Below are positions 38,092-47,252 of a stretch of DNA of 64,000 nt, piece by piece (the stretch's first letter is position 1; each line of letters begins with the position of its first letter). Origin of the DNA: a virus; the IMG/VR virus record IMGVR_UViG_3300042518_001860, positions 32,717 to 96,716 of that record. One strand, written 5' to 3'. A program made the translations under genes and the position numbers. The notes below the pieces were generated by a model. It saw only the letters and a list, made by a program, of their open reading frames with translations. It was not told where the DNA came from and ran no database searches.

Positions 38092-38697
38092 TCAGATGAC
38101 GGGGCAGACGATGTAGTTGACGACGAGTTCGATGTCACCCGCCGTGAGGTTGACCACATCATCATCCGTCAGCGTGATCGTGAGCCGAATCTTGGCGCCG
38201 CTGATGTCCGAAGCCACGGTGCCCGAAGTGAGCGCCCGCTCGGTGACACCGGCCAAAATATTCTCGCTGGCGTCAAACAGGTTCGCCGTTCCCACGATCC
38301 CCGACGCGACCACTGCAGCCGAGACATCACCGCTGGCGACGACCTCGTGAACGATGAGCTTGGCATTGATGAGCGTGGCACCCACCGGGAGGGCCACATC
38401 ATCGGTGAATGCCTGCGACACATCTTCCGCAGTGAAACTGCCCTTATCGAAGGATACGCGAAGGCGCTTGGTGCCGGTCTTGCCGACATCGTAAGCGTCA
38501 CAGACGAACTGGTATTCGATGCTGCCGGCGGCCTCGAGGTCGTACAGACCCTTGGCAAGGGCAGGACCCTTGTCGAAGGAGAAGGTGTCCGGAGTCAGAC
38601 CCTCGAAGATCTGGACACCAGAGTGCGCGGCGATGGGGGGAACACCCGGTACGTCGAGAATCGGCGCACCCGTGAAGTTGTAGACCTGGAGCTTCAT
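38092..38697 (-). CDS. Probable virion decoration/structural protein (jelly-roll-like)
   Basis: SD AGGAG; LPVGATLINA..V..G..F..G..TLT..LTAGDIELVVNY. Confidence 0.55.
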   Translation of the reverse strand: MKLQVYNFTGAPILDVPGVPPIAAHSGVQIFEGLTPDTFSFDKGPALAKGLYDLEAAGSIEYQFVCDAYDVGKTGTKRLRVSFDKGSFTAEDVSQAFTDDVALPVGATLINAKLIVHEVVASGDVSAAVVASGIVGTANLFDASENILAGVTERALTSGTVASDISGAKIRLTITLTDDDVVNLTAGDIELVVNYIVCPVI

Positions 38698-38756
38698 GAA
38701 GCATCTCCTGAATGAGGTTGAGCGTACGCGCGCTCATTCTCAGTCACACCGCGCCA

Positions 38757-38780
38757 TAGATCCAGAAAAATCTGGATCTA
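38757..38780. promoter_or_regulatory. Perfect inverted repeat (operator or hairpin)
   Basis: TAGATCCAGA-aaaa-TCTGGATCTA upstream of 38697. Confidence 0.5.
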
Positions 38781-38907
38781 CATCCACCCGCCGTTGCAGC
38801 CGTTGAGGTACTGGAGAACCGTCAGACCGATGAGAGTGAGCAAGTCGACCTCCTCAAGAGTTTCACAACTGTTCGTAGCTCACTTTTACACGACGCCTAG
38901 ATCGCGT

Positions 38908-39180
38908 TCAACGAAAATCTTTCAGGGGTGAACGGAAACAATTCGCGGCGTACTCGTGGCCGATGCCTGATGTGTCCACGAGGATGAACTTGAAGTCGTC
39001 AATCTGTCCCTGGACCACAGCACCTACCCCCACGTCAGACTCGTGCCCGACAAGGGTGCAGGCCCAGAGGTCGAGCTCTCGAGGGAGATTCTGAGCAGGT
39101 ACCACCTGCTGCGCCGGGGTAGAGCACGCCGAGGATGCGGCGATGACGATGATCAAGACGAGGCGGAAGAGTGCGGACAT
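38908..39180 (-). CDS. Lipoprotein
   Basis: MSALFRLVLIIVIAASSA-C lipobox-like signal. Confidence 0.65.
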   Translation of the reverse strand: MSALFRLVLIIVIAASSACSTPAQQVVPAQNLPRELDLWACTLVGHESDVGVGAVVQGQIDDFKFILVDTSGIGHEYAANCFRSPLKDFR

Positions 39181-39479
39181 CAAATGGGGCTCCGCTGAAG
39201 AATGGCCTGTTGAGACGGCTGCAGGCGAATGTAGGTGATGAGGGTAGGGAGCTCGAATCGCTCCTGGTGGTGGACCACGAAGATCCCACGGCAATCACTC
39301 GACAGTCGGTAGGTGTCGTTCGGCGTCCTCCCGCGACGCTGAAGAATGGCGGACACCAGACCTGGGTCAATGTCCTGAGCGTCGTACAAGTAGGCGGCCT
39401 CCATGTCCGTGAAGTCGGCTGCCGGGTAGTGCTCTCGGTACCTGTCGAGGGCGTGGAGCTTGATGTAAATCTGTTTCAT
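39180..39479 (-). CDS. Small protein with HAxxRY motif (DUF4258/RelE-fold-like)
   Basis: IYIKLHALDRYREH..GIFVV..TLITY; coupled at both ends. Confidence 0.5.
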   Translation of the reverse strand: MKQIYIKLHALDRYREHYPAADFTDMEAAYLYDAQDIDPGLVSAILQRRGRTPNDTYRLSSDCRGIFVVHHQERFELPTLITYIRLQPSQQAILQRSPI

Positions 39480-40126
39480 TCGACGCAGACCTTGATGTGG
39501 TATCCGTTCTTCCGCCCCCAGCGGACCAGACTGCGGATTGCGTTTGCGAATCTTTGGACTCGTCTCGGGTTCGGTTTGAGACTGAAGCTGAAGCCGGTAC
39601 CGCTGCTCGTGATGTTGTAGGCACTGACTCGACTGGTTCCGGCTGCGTCTCGCAGCCAAGACTGAATTCGTGGGTCGACTACCCCGAACTCGGCGTCGCG
39701 GAACCTGAACAAGTCGACATAAGCGTCAAGCGCCTCTGGATATGGGCAGGGTACGAGTTCTCCAGTTTGCAGCACAGTGGTGATGCCCTGAATCAAATCG
39801 TAGCGCCCTCTCTGCTCGGCGATGAGGCGGAAGTCGGATCTGGGACGACGTTCCCGGCTCTCGACCTCTGACTCATCCGTACCAATCAAGAAAACATCTG
39901 TCTGCGTGAAGTTCCCAGCGGGGTCCATCGCGGTCCAAGTTTGGCTTGCCCAGGCGTCAACCCATTCAGCCTCGCGCCCCTCCCAAACTGGAGGAGGTGC
40001 AGGTGGCTTTGGCGGCTGAATGGCGAATAGGCTCTCGGGAAGTTGAACGAAGACGTAGGCACGACGGCCCCAAAAGCCGTTGCTGAAGCTACGGTGGATG
40101 CCACGGCAGAGTCGATCTGCATTCAA
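39476..40126 (-). CDS. Hypothetical protein
   Basis: 216 aa; ATGA coupling at its 3' end. Confidence 0.65.
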   Translation of the reverse strand: MNADRLCRGIHRSFSNGFWGRRAYVFVQLPESLFAIQPPKPPAPPPVWEGREAEWVDAWASQTWTAMDPAGNFTQTDVFLIGTDESEVESRERRPRSDFRLIAEQRGRYDLIQGITTVLQTGELVPCPYPEALDAYVDLFRFRDAEFGVVDPRIQSWLRDAAGTSRVSAYNITSSGTGFSFSLKPNPRRVQRFANAIRSLVRWGRKNGYHIKVCVE

Positions 40127-40392
40127 AGTTGAGGCTCCTGGGTGAGCTCGACTGCGGGGCAGAACTTCGAGATCAGTTCGAGGTAGAGTTCGACCGGGAC
40201 CTGGACGAAGCCGTGTGTGACCTCGGTAGCGGCGGGGACGGAAACCTCGTCGGAACCTGACCGCGCTTCGGTCAGGGCCCTCGTGAGGATCTGAACGGCG
40301 GCGGTGGAACGGCCGACGCCCATTTGGGCTGCGGCTTGGTCAAGAAGGGTGGCGGCTTCAGGTCCGAGCCGAATGCCGATGGGGTTGCTCAT
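40123..40392 (-). CDS. Ribbon-helix-helix (CopG-like) regulator
   Basis: SD AGGAG; IGIRLGPEAATLLDQAAAQMGVGRSTAAVQIL. Confidence 0.7.
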   Translation of the reverse strand: MSNPIGIRLGPEAATLLDQAAAQMGVGRSTAAVQILTRALTEARSGSDEVSVPAATEVTHGFVQVPVELYLELISKFCPAVELTQEPQL

Positions 40393-40419
40393 GTGCATCT
40401 CCTGGTGGGTTGCACGAGC

Positions 40420-40448
40420 AGTAGAGCAGAAACTGTTGCTACCGTCAA
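40420..40448 (-). promoter_or_regulatory. Sigma70-type promoter for the RHH operon
   Basis: Minus strand TTGACG-17 nt-TCTACT with a TG extension. Confidence 0.5.
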
Positions 40449-40609
40449 CAAGCATTTGAAAGCGGAGATCAGATTGTAAAATTCGGTGCGGGTCCGCCAA
40501 GGGTAGCGTCCAGCGGGAGAGCACCCCTTGGGGCGCATGATCTAGACAGTGTCAAGCGTCGCAAACCCGCACAACTTCGTAGCCTGGGGGGTGAGCCCGA
40601 GCGGGTCAG

Positions 40610-40820
40610 AAATTTTGGTTTTTTTACCGGAACTGCCCCCCCTTATAATCCCCCTATAAGGTACTTAGTTATATTCTCTTTCGCTTACGCTCAAGAGAAC
40701 ATAACGGATCAGGACCCCCCGTAGCCCCCGCAAGCGGGGGCAGAAGAGGGGCTCGGCCCTTCGGTCCGAGGAACCCCAGAACCCCAGAACCCCAGAACCC
40801 CAAAAGGCAGTTCCAGGTAA
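40610..40820. other. Multi-hairpin non-coding element, candidate replication origin
   Basis: T-rich run. Outer IR 40624-40637/40806-40820 encloses hairpins at 40641-40661, 40668-40705 and 40724-40741 plus an 8-bp tandem repeat. Directly upstream of the replication operon. Confidence 0.55.
40771..40802 (+). repeat. (GAACCCCA)x4 tandem repeat
   Basis: Four exact copies. Confidence 0.95.
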
Positions 40821-40912
40821 CTAGGCATCCGCGCGCTGGCGGCGAAAAAACACTGGACTTTGCTCCCCATTCAGGGCTAAAACGTGGTCACCACTTCCGC
40901 AGGAGTTGGTTC

Positions 40913-42460
40913 ATGCGAACCTCCCAGGACATGAAAGACGTCGTGACCACAGTGACCGTCCCCAACACCAAGGGGCCCTTCGTCACGGTGGACATTCCGC
41001 GCCGCTTGGTTCAGGCCTACTCGGCCGACCGCTCGGACCAGTACACGGCTCGTGCTCTTGCGGCCTTGGCCTGCAACATGGGCCAGCGGGACAAGGTCTA
41101 CTCCGCCGCGGCATTCCTCGACTTCTGTGCTGCGTTGCCTTTTGCCCTTCACCGCATCGAGTTCCGCCGCTACCTGAAGCGCCATGTCTACTGCGAGTTC
41201 CGCACCGTGGCCAAGTTCCGTGTCGTCGGTCTCGCCGAGGGGCCCATCTGCAAGGCCACCATCCCGACCGAGGGTCTGACCATCGCCGAGATTTGCGAGG
41301 TTATCGAGGCTCAGGTGCTGGGGCGGAAGTCAGAGCTCTGGGACCGCATCAACCCCAACCAGTACGTTCCGTTCAAGATCCCCGTGCAGCCGCTTCCCGT
41401 CGAGCAGATGCGAGCTAACGCCGCCCGCATGGACGCTCGCTCGCACAGCGCTGGTTCTTCTCGTGCCCGCCGCCGTCGTCGGGCCGTCGAACTCTTCTCG
41501 AAGACCCGGGGTGTTCAGATGTCCAATCTCCGCGCCGTCCTCCGCGCTGCCCCGCGGCAGCAACCCGTTCAGGACTTCTCCGCACAGGCCGACAAGGCTT
41601 TCGCGAAGATGCTCAAGGACGCTACCCCGGTTTCTCCGGACGAAGACCCTGAGCAAGTCGCCCTGACCGTTGTTGGGACCTTGGCCAACCTCGGCGCCCG
41701 CTATGCCTACAAGTACCTCCGGGTTGACGATTACGCCCTTGTTGCGGCTCGGGACTACATCCAGTTCCTGCACGATGTTGTGCGCAGTCCAGACCCGGAC
41801 GACCCATTCCACAGCCGTATCTGCCGCTTGGCGCGCGGGAACGTGAACCAGCTTGCGGTCGATCTCGTCTGGGGCATTTTTACCTTCGAGAACCCCTACG
41901 GCGCGGTGAGTGAGGCGTCCATCGTCCTTGACACGCAGCGTACCTCGATGGTCTTCTCGCGAGGCCTGACAGCCTGTGACCGAGCGCGAGATGCAGTCTC
42001 GACCGGCACCAAAGAGCTCACCTTCAATGCCCTCTTCTCGCGACAGCGCACCAAGGAAGGGCTGCCCTCTGCCCGGTACCCTGCATGGCAGCCGCCGAAA
42101 GTTGCTTCGCTCCCGGCAGCTTTCTCCGAGCGTGACCTTCGCCCGCCGACGATCACCAGCCCGGACGTTGAGGTATGCGAACTCGACGTGCGTGAACTGG
42201 CCCAGCAGTTGACCCCCAAGGATGCCTCCGAGGAGGAGTACAAGCGGGTGGTCATGTTGGCCATGGGGGGTTCACTCCGGGCCGAGGCGCGGCTCCACAA
42301 GTTCACCGAGGCCGCGAAAGCCACTGGTAGTTCTGTAGAGGTCATCAAGGGTCAAGTTGAGAGCCTCCTTGGGGGCTCCCTTCGAGATGCCCGCCAAGTG
42401 GCCTTCCCGCGATTGAAACGCGGTAAACTCCTTCCTGGCGACCAGGGATGGATGCCGTGA
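40913..42460 (+). CDS. Unknown 515-aa protein, first gene of the replication operon
   Basis: SD AGGAG; no recognised motif. Confidence 0.7.
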   Translation: MRTSQDMKDVVTTVTVPNTKGPFVTVDIPRRLVQAYSADRSDQYTARALAALACNMGQRDKVYSAAAFLDFCAALPFALHRIEFRRYLKRHVYCEFRTVAKFRVVGLAEGPICKATIPTEGLTIAEICEVIEAQVLGRKSELWDRINPNQYVPFKIPVQPLPVEQMRANAARMDARSHSAGSSRARRRRRAVELFSKTRGVQMSNLRAVLRAAPRQQPVQDFSAQADKAFAKMLKDATPVSPDEDPEQVALTVVGTLANLGARYAYKYLRVDDYALVAARDYIQFLHDVVRSPDPDDPFHSRICRLARGNVNQLAVDLVWGIFTFENPYGAVSEASIVLDTQRTSMVFSRGLTACDRARDAVSTGTKELTFNALFSRQRTKEGLPSARYPAWQPPKVASLPAAFSERDLRPPTITSPDVEVCELDVRELAQQLTPKDASEEEYKRVVMLAMGGSLRAEARLHKFTEAAKATGSSVEVIKGQVESLLGGSLRDARQVAFPRLKRGKLLPGDQGWMP

Positions 42461-42726
42461 TGTCACCGGAACTTCGTGAGAAGATCCGGCAGCGCATCCT
42501 CAAAACCCTCGAGCATAGTCCCAAGAGCGCCAGCGACCTTCGTATGGTGCTGGGACATTCGACCACCAATCTCTCAGCCGTACTCCGGGAGCTCGAGGCT
42601 GAAGGGATTATCAAGCGTGAACCTGTCAAAGTCAGCGTAGACCAGAAACGGATGTCTCCATGGGGCCCCAACAGCACTGCTCGGGCCTACTCTCTGGTTC
42701 ATGGGGGTTCTTGTGGCAAGAACTGA
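42460..42726 (+). CDS. Winged-helix DNA-binding protein
   Basis: RILKTLEHSPKSASDL..LSAVLRELEAEGII. Confidence 0.8.
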   Translation: MSPELREKIRQRILKTLEHSPKSASDLRMVLGHSTTNLSAVLRELEAEGIIKREPVKVSVDQKRMSPWGPNSTARAYSLVHGGSCGKN

Positions 42727-42955
42727 TTGGGAAGAAGTCAAGACGCGGGTTCTGGCCAGCTTGGCCAAGGACCCCAAGAGCGTCAAAGACCTGAGTCAGC
42801 TCCTGTTCGTAGGCGCGGCGGGTATCAAGAAGACTCTCGAAGAGCTCGAGGCAGAAGGCTTGGTCTACTCTGAGGTTGAGAGCCGCCCTCGGGACGGGAG
42901 GAGGGTATTCTCCCCGATCAAGAAACCAGACCGGACCGTGTACAAGCTCCGATGA
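42713..42955 (+). CDS. Winged-helix DNA-binding protein (paralog of the previous gene)
   Basis: RVLASLAKDPKSVKDL..IKKTLEELEAEGLV. Confidence 0.8.
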   Translation: MARTDWEEVKTRVLASLAKDPKSVKDLSQLLFVGAAGIKKTLEELEAEGLVYSEVESRPRDGRRVFSPIKKPDRTVYKLR

Positions 42956-43524
42956 ACTGGCTCACCTACGAACCGCGCCCACAGGACATCCCCTCGGCCC
43001 GATTCATGACGGACAGCGGGTTCCCTGACCATCTCGCGCGCATCCAACGGCCAGAGGCCGAGGCGGCTGAGGAGTGGCAGGTAGCGATGGAGTGGTGGCG
43101 GCAACTGGACCGCTTCTTGGTCGCACCTACAGGACTGTTGGCGTGGGGGACTCGAGGAGCCCTCGCGACGATGGTTGTACTCTGCAGACGCCTGATGTGC
43201 TGGCAGGGACTACCTGTGGCCAAAGGTGTGTACGTCGCTCCAGTGGCTTACATTGAAGCTCGAGACCTTCACAGTAGGGAGAAGTATGATGAAGTGCGTG
43301 ACGCAGGGACTCTCCTCGTCGCGGGGATTGGAACGATTGAGTACGGTGCCGAAAAGGAAATCGAACTGATTGTGGGGCTTGCCAAGCAGAGGTCCCGCGC
43401 AGGTCGATTGACATTTTGGTTGCTTGATCCGGTAGGCACCGCCAGGTCCGCCGAACTCTGTCAAAGAATTGACGCAATTCTTGGGCCCTCTGTCGTTCGT
43501 TTGAACACCCCCGCGCAGGAGTAG
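42952..43524 (+). CDS. DnaC/IstB-like helicase loader with degenerate ATPase motifs
   Basis: Located before DnaB. DIPSARF; GLLAWGTRG (no GKT); TLLVAGIG.E (no DD); R..AGRLT. Confidence 0.5.
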   Translation: MNWLTYEPRPQDIPSARFMTDSGFPDHLARIQRPEAEAAEEWQVAMEWWRQLDRFLVAPTGLLAWGTRGALATMVVLCRRLMCWQGLPVAKGVYVAPVAYIEARDLHSREKYDEVRDAGTLLVAGIGTIEYGAEKEIELIVGLAKQRSRAGRLTFWLLDPVGTARSAELCQRIDAILGPSVVRLNTPAQE

Positions 43525-43528
43525 ACAA

Positions 43529-44791
43529 ATGTCAATTGACCTCCAGCGCAAGGTGGTCCGCGCGATCATCCAGAGCGGGGACCTTGCCACTTTTCTTCAG
43601 TCTGGGGTCTCCGTTGACTGGTTTGATGACTTGCAGGCCAAACAAGCCTTCGACATCATCGTCAACTACAGTCAGGCCCCTGAGACGTCGGGAAAGGTCC
43701 CCGGTGTAGAGTATCTTCAGGCGCGAGCAGCAATGATTGCTCCGCTCCCGGGTGGAACGGACCTCCTCAAGCCAGAAGACCACAACGCCCAGCTTGCGCA
43801 GGCAATGAAGGTCACTCGTCTTCGTCGCTTGATTAGCGATGCGTGGAAGCGGGTGGAAACTAGCGTTTTGGTCTCCAACCCCGAGGAGGCGCACCAGCAA
43901 CTCCTCGAGGCTCTGACGGGGCGGGAGATTTCAGCACTCCGGAGCTCTGGTCGCAAAACCAACCTGAGTGACTTGGCCTCCGCCGCGTATGACCGCTACA
44001 CGACGCAGGTCACGACCGAGGGCGTGACCGGAGTCTTGACCCCGTTCGAGGCCCTCACCTATGCAGTGAAGGGCTGGAATCGCGGCGAACTCTACTGCCT
44101 CTTTGCACCACCGAAAAGCCTCAAGTCGTGGATCATGTTGGCCTGTGCCCTACGCGCGTTCCAGACGGATTCTCGGCACGTCCTCTTCATCACCTCGGAG
44201 ATGCCTGCAGAGCAATTGGCAGGCCGGCTCGTGTGCATGATGCACGGGTGGGACTTTAACCACTGGCGGGATCGAACCATCCCCGAGCCGATCATTCGAC
44301 AGCTTTTGGCCGTTGACCTCGAACGCCGCTTCCACTTCTACCAGCCGTCTGGCACAGGCGAACAGGCCTTGGCAGAGGTGCGCTCGGTCATTGCATCCCT
44401 GAACATGCAGGGTGGGGTCTCCCTCGTCCTCTGGGATGGTCATTACCGTTCTGCAGGTTCTGAAGAACATGAGGATATTTATCACCTTGTTCGACGAACC
44501 CGCGCCATGGCGCTCGAACCAGAAATCCTCCAGCCGTCCGTGCTCATCACGGCCCAGGAGGGCTCCAAGCCGGGAGCCCCGACACACAAGGCGTATCGAC
44601 AGGAGGCGAGCTTGATGATGTACGTCACCAAGATTTCCCCTGACTCGTTGATGTTCCAGACGACCGATGTTCGTGAAGGGCCCTCTCTGGAGATGGAGAT
44701 TGGTGTGGACTTCACACGAACTGCACTTTGGCAACGAGAGGCGCGTGTCGAAGGCCGGGATGAGGACGTCGGCACGGGCTCTTGGGTCTGA
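43529..44791 (+). CDS. dnaB: DnaB-like replicative helicase
   Basis: GVLTPFEAL..KGWNRGELY..APPKSLKS; ITSEM; LVLWDG; ITAQ. Confidence 0.85.
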   Translation: MSIDLQRKVVRAIIQSGDLATFLQSGVSVDWFDDLQAKQAFDIIVNYSQAPETSGKVPGVEYLQARAAMIAPLPGGTDLLKPEDHNAQLAQAMKVTRLRRLISDAWKRVETSVLVSNPEEAHQQLLEALTGREISALRSSGRKTNLSDLASAAYDRYTTQVTTEGVTGVLTPFEALTYAVKGWNRGELYCLFAPPKSLKSWIMLACALRAFQTDSRHVLFITSEMPAEQLAGRLVCMMHGWDFNHWRDRTIPEPIIRQLLAVDLERRFHFYQPSGTGEQALAEVRSVIASLNMQGGVSLVLWDGHYRSAGSEEHEDIYHLVRRTRAMALEPEILQPSVLITAQEGSKPGAPTHKAYRQEASLMMYVTKISPDSLMFQTTDVREGPSLEMEIGVDFTRTALWQREARVEGRDEDVGTGSWV

Positions 44792-44793
44792 CC

Positions 44794-45921
44794 ATGGCCG
44801 ATCAACTCGCGGACCTCTTGCGTACGGTTGGTTTGCGGCCGAGCAAGAGTGGGGACTATCTTCGAATGTGGTGCCCCTTCCACCCGAACCCGAACGGCAA
44901 GACCTTGTGGGTCTCGCACAAAACGGGTGGATGGGGTTGTTTCTCTACTCGCTGCCCGATGCACTCGGGTGGGGAGTTGGCCCGGTTACTGCAATATCGA
45001 GGCTCGTCGGCCGAGGTGGCGCGCAGTACAGTCGCGTCGCTAGACCTCACCGCCTACGAGCGTGTGGAGCGACCTAAGACCCTTCAAGACCGCGACCACT
45101 CTGGCGTAATCACCGAAGCGCACCTTGCGCTTTGGTATGTGGACTGGGGTCTTGCCTCCAGTGTGTGTGCCGATGTAATGCGAAATCAGAGCAGGTACGT
45201 TCAGGGCGCACCTGTGAGTACATGGTCACCTGGAGTACCCGCGGAACCCGGTCAGGTGGAGCATGACTGCTGGGAGTGGCTCTGGTACCCACTCGTTCAT
45301 CGCGCGGCCTCACCCGCCGCGCTCGAGGTCATGGATGTAGGGTTTGACCGAGAGTTGGGGCTGCTGACTTTTCCAATCCGAGGTCCATCGGGGGATCTGA
45401 GGGGCGTGGCAAGGCGAGCCTGCGAAGACGGGAAGGACTACATCATCGACGGTTGTTGTTGGGGTAGGCAAGACCCGCGTTGGTCGTTCGTACCGTGCCC
45501 CAAGGGCGATACGTTCTTCGGATGGCCAGAGATGGTCGACCGCGCGAGATCTGGACACCCCCTCATCGTGGTTGAAGGGTACCTTGACCAGCTCCGGCTC
45601 GCCGGATTTGGTTACTGTGCGGTGGCGAAGCTCGGCAGAGTCCTTACGGAGGATCAGGCAACCCTCCTCAACGATCTACCAGGCGCGAAAATCCTCTGGC
45701 CTGACTTCGACAGGGATGGGTTGTATGGGGTCAAGACGGACATCAGGAAGCTCAGGTCGGGGGTGAGGATCGTCTCGGACTTTGGTGGACTCAAGGACGC
45801 CGGCTCGGCGCACATGACGAGCGAGGTCGTGAACCGGAGCATCCTCTCAGCCCTTCACCCAGTCGATTGGTTGTGCGAGTTTCCGAATTTGATTGCTTCT
45901 ACACCGCAGATGATGCAATAG
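44794..45921 (+). CDS. dnaG: DnaG-like primase
   Basis: Zinc finger CPFH..CFSTRC; FPIR; TOPRIM IVVEGYLD, DFDRDG, KDA. Confidence 0.9.
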   Translation: MADQLADLLRTVGLRPSKSGDYLRMWCPFHPNPNGKTLWVSHKTGGWGCFSTRCPMHSGGELARLLQYRGSSAEVARSTVASLDLTAYERVERPKTLQDRDHSGVITEAHLALWYVDWGLASSVCADVMRNQSRYVQGAPVSTWSPGVPAEPGQVEHDCWEWLWYPLVHRAASPAALEVMDVGFDRELGLLTFPIRGPSGDLRGVARRACEDGKDYIIDGCCWGRQDPRWSFVPCPKGDTFFGWPEMVDRARSGHPLIVVEGYLDQLRLAGFGYCAVAKLGRVLTEDQATLLNDLPGAKILWPDFDRDGLYGVKTDIRKLRSGVRIVSDFGGLKDAGSAHMTSEVVNRSILSALHPVDWLCEFPNLIASTPQMMQ

Positions 45922-45989
45922 TTCATTCGCGGTCAACACCGCAGCCGTAAGGCGAATCACAAGGTCGAGTGACCACAGGAGTAGTTCAC

Positions 45990-47249
45990 ATGGCGTTCAA
46001 GTCTCGAGAGCAGATGGAATCGGAGCGTCTTCCCCAGGAGCGTGGGGAGCGTGTCTATGACAATCGTTGGAAGACGTCGATCAACATTCGGAGTGGAGAG
46101 AGCCTGTTGGTCCGGTTCCCGACCAACGGCTACAGCGTGGAGATGCCATTCGTCTACCGGCGGCACTCCCATGCCGAGGTGCAGGTCAACGGGAACGCGA
46201 CCTTCAACACCATCTGCTTGAAGCCGAACTACTGCCCGCTCTGTGAACTCGCACTGGCAGCTCGCAACACGAAGAAGATCGGAGACGCCAACGCCACCAA
46301 GTACATCAAAGGGGCGAGCGACCGCGGAGTCTTCCGGGCGCTGAGCGCGCGGATGATGCTCCTCAAGCAGGAGGGGGATAAGATCAAGAAGATCCCCTAT
46401 ATCCACAACCGAGACGACATCCCTTGCATCCAGCAAGGGAAGAACCTCGTTCCGGCAACAGAGGAAGACAAGGCCCGCTTGATGCTTGGGTATGTTGGCT
46501 TCGAATATGAAGGCATCAAGGCCCTTGACCTCTCTTACACCGAGATCAAGCCGCAGGTTCAGGCAGTGCTTTCCCTGGCTGAGAAGCTCGGTGGGCACTG
46601 TGCTTGCGGTTCGAAGGTGCAGGCGGGCCTCGAGCGACGCCCGGCGAAGATCGCCCGGGCTGCAGATGGCAGTTTGATCTGCGAAGCCAACTGCGGGAAT
46701 CCGCGCACCATCGACCTCGATGACTGCTTTGTTCGTGTGACAGTGGCTGGCCAGGACACAGCGAAGGACTTCGAGTTCGAGCTCCGAGACCCTTCTGACC
46801 TGCCGGAAGAGTTGGTGGCCCTCATGTACAATGAGGATGGAAGCCTGAAGGATGTAGACTGGAAGACCTTCGAGGGCAACATTGACCTTCAGGCTCAGGT
46901 GATTCGTGGCCTGTCCGCTGGATTGCGGCAGTACGGCATCAATGCAGAGGCGTACCTGCAGACGAACACGGCACCCTCCTCGAGCATTGCACCTCCCACG
47001 GCGCCCCGTGCGCCCGGCTCGCTCCCCATGTTCGGGGCGGCGCCCGACATGCGGGGCCCCCTGCCGGCCACCCCTCCTCGGCCCCCTGCCATGAACTTCG
47101 GCAGCAATTCAGCCATGGCGGGTTTGGGCGGTACGACTGGCCTTCCTAGCACGACCATCTCCCCTGGGGCCGCCCCCTTGGCTACGGGGGTTTCCACGGC
47201 GCCGAAGGCTGTGGCCGTCAAAATCCCTGGCCTGAAGATCGGGGGGTGA
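45990..47249 (+). CDS. T4 gp32-like single-stranded DNA-binding protein
   Basis: SD AGGAG; GESLLVRF..H..CLKPNYCPLCE; disordered Pro-rich tail; sits between primase and polymerase. Confidence 0.65.
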   Translation: MAFKSREQMESERLPQERGERVYDNRWKTSINIRSGESLLVRFPTNGYSVEMPFVYRRHSHAEVQVNGNATFNTICLKPNYCPLCELALAARNTKKIGDANATKYIKGASDRGVFRALSARMMLLKQEGDKIKKIPYIHNRDDIPCIQQGKNLVPATEEDKARLMLGYVGFEYEGIKALDLSYTEIKPQVQAVLSLAEKLGGHCACGSKVQAGLERRPAKIARAADGSLICEANCGNPRTIDLDDCFVRVTVAGQDTAKDFEFELRDPSDLPEELVALMYNEDGSLKDVDWKTFEGNIDLQAQVIRGLSAGLRQYGINAEAYLQTNTAPSSSIAPPTAPRAPGSLPMFGAAPDMRGPLPATPPRPPAMNFGSNSAMAGLGGTTGLPSTTISPGAAPLATGVSTAPKAVAVKIPGLKIGG

Positions 47250-47252
47250 CCC

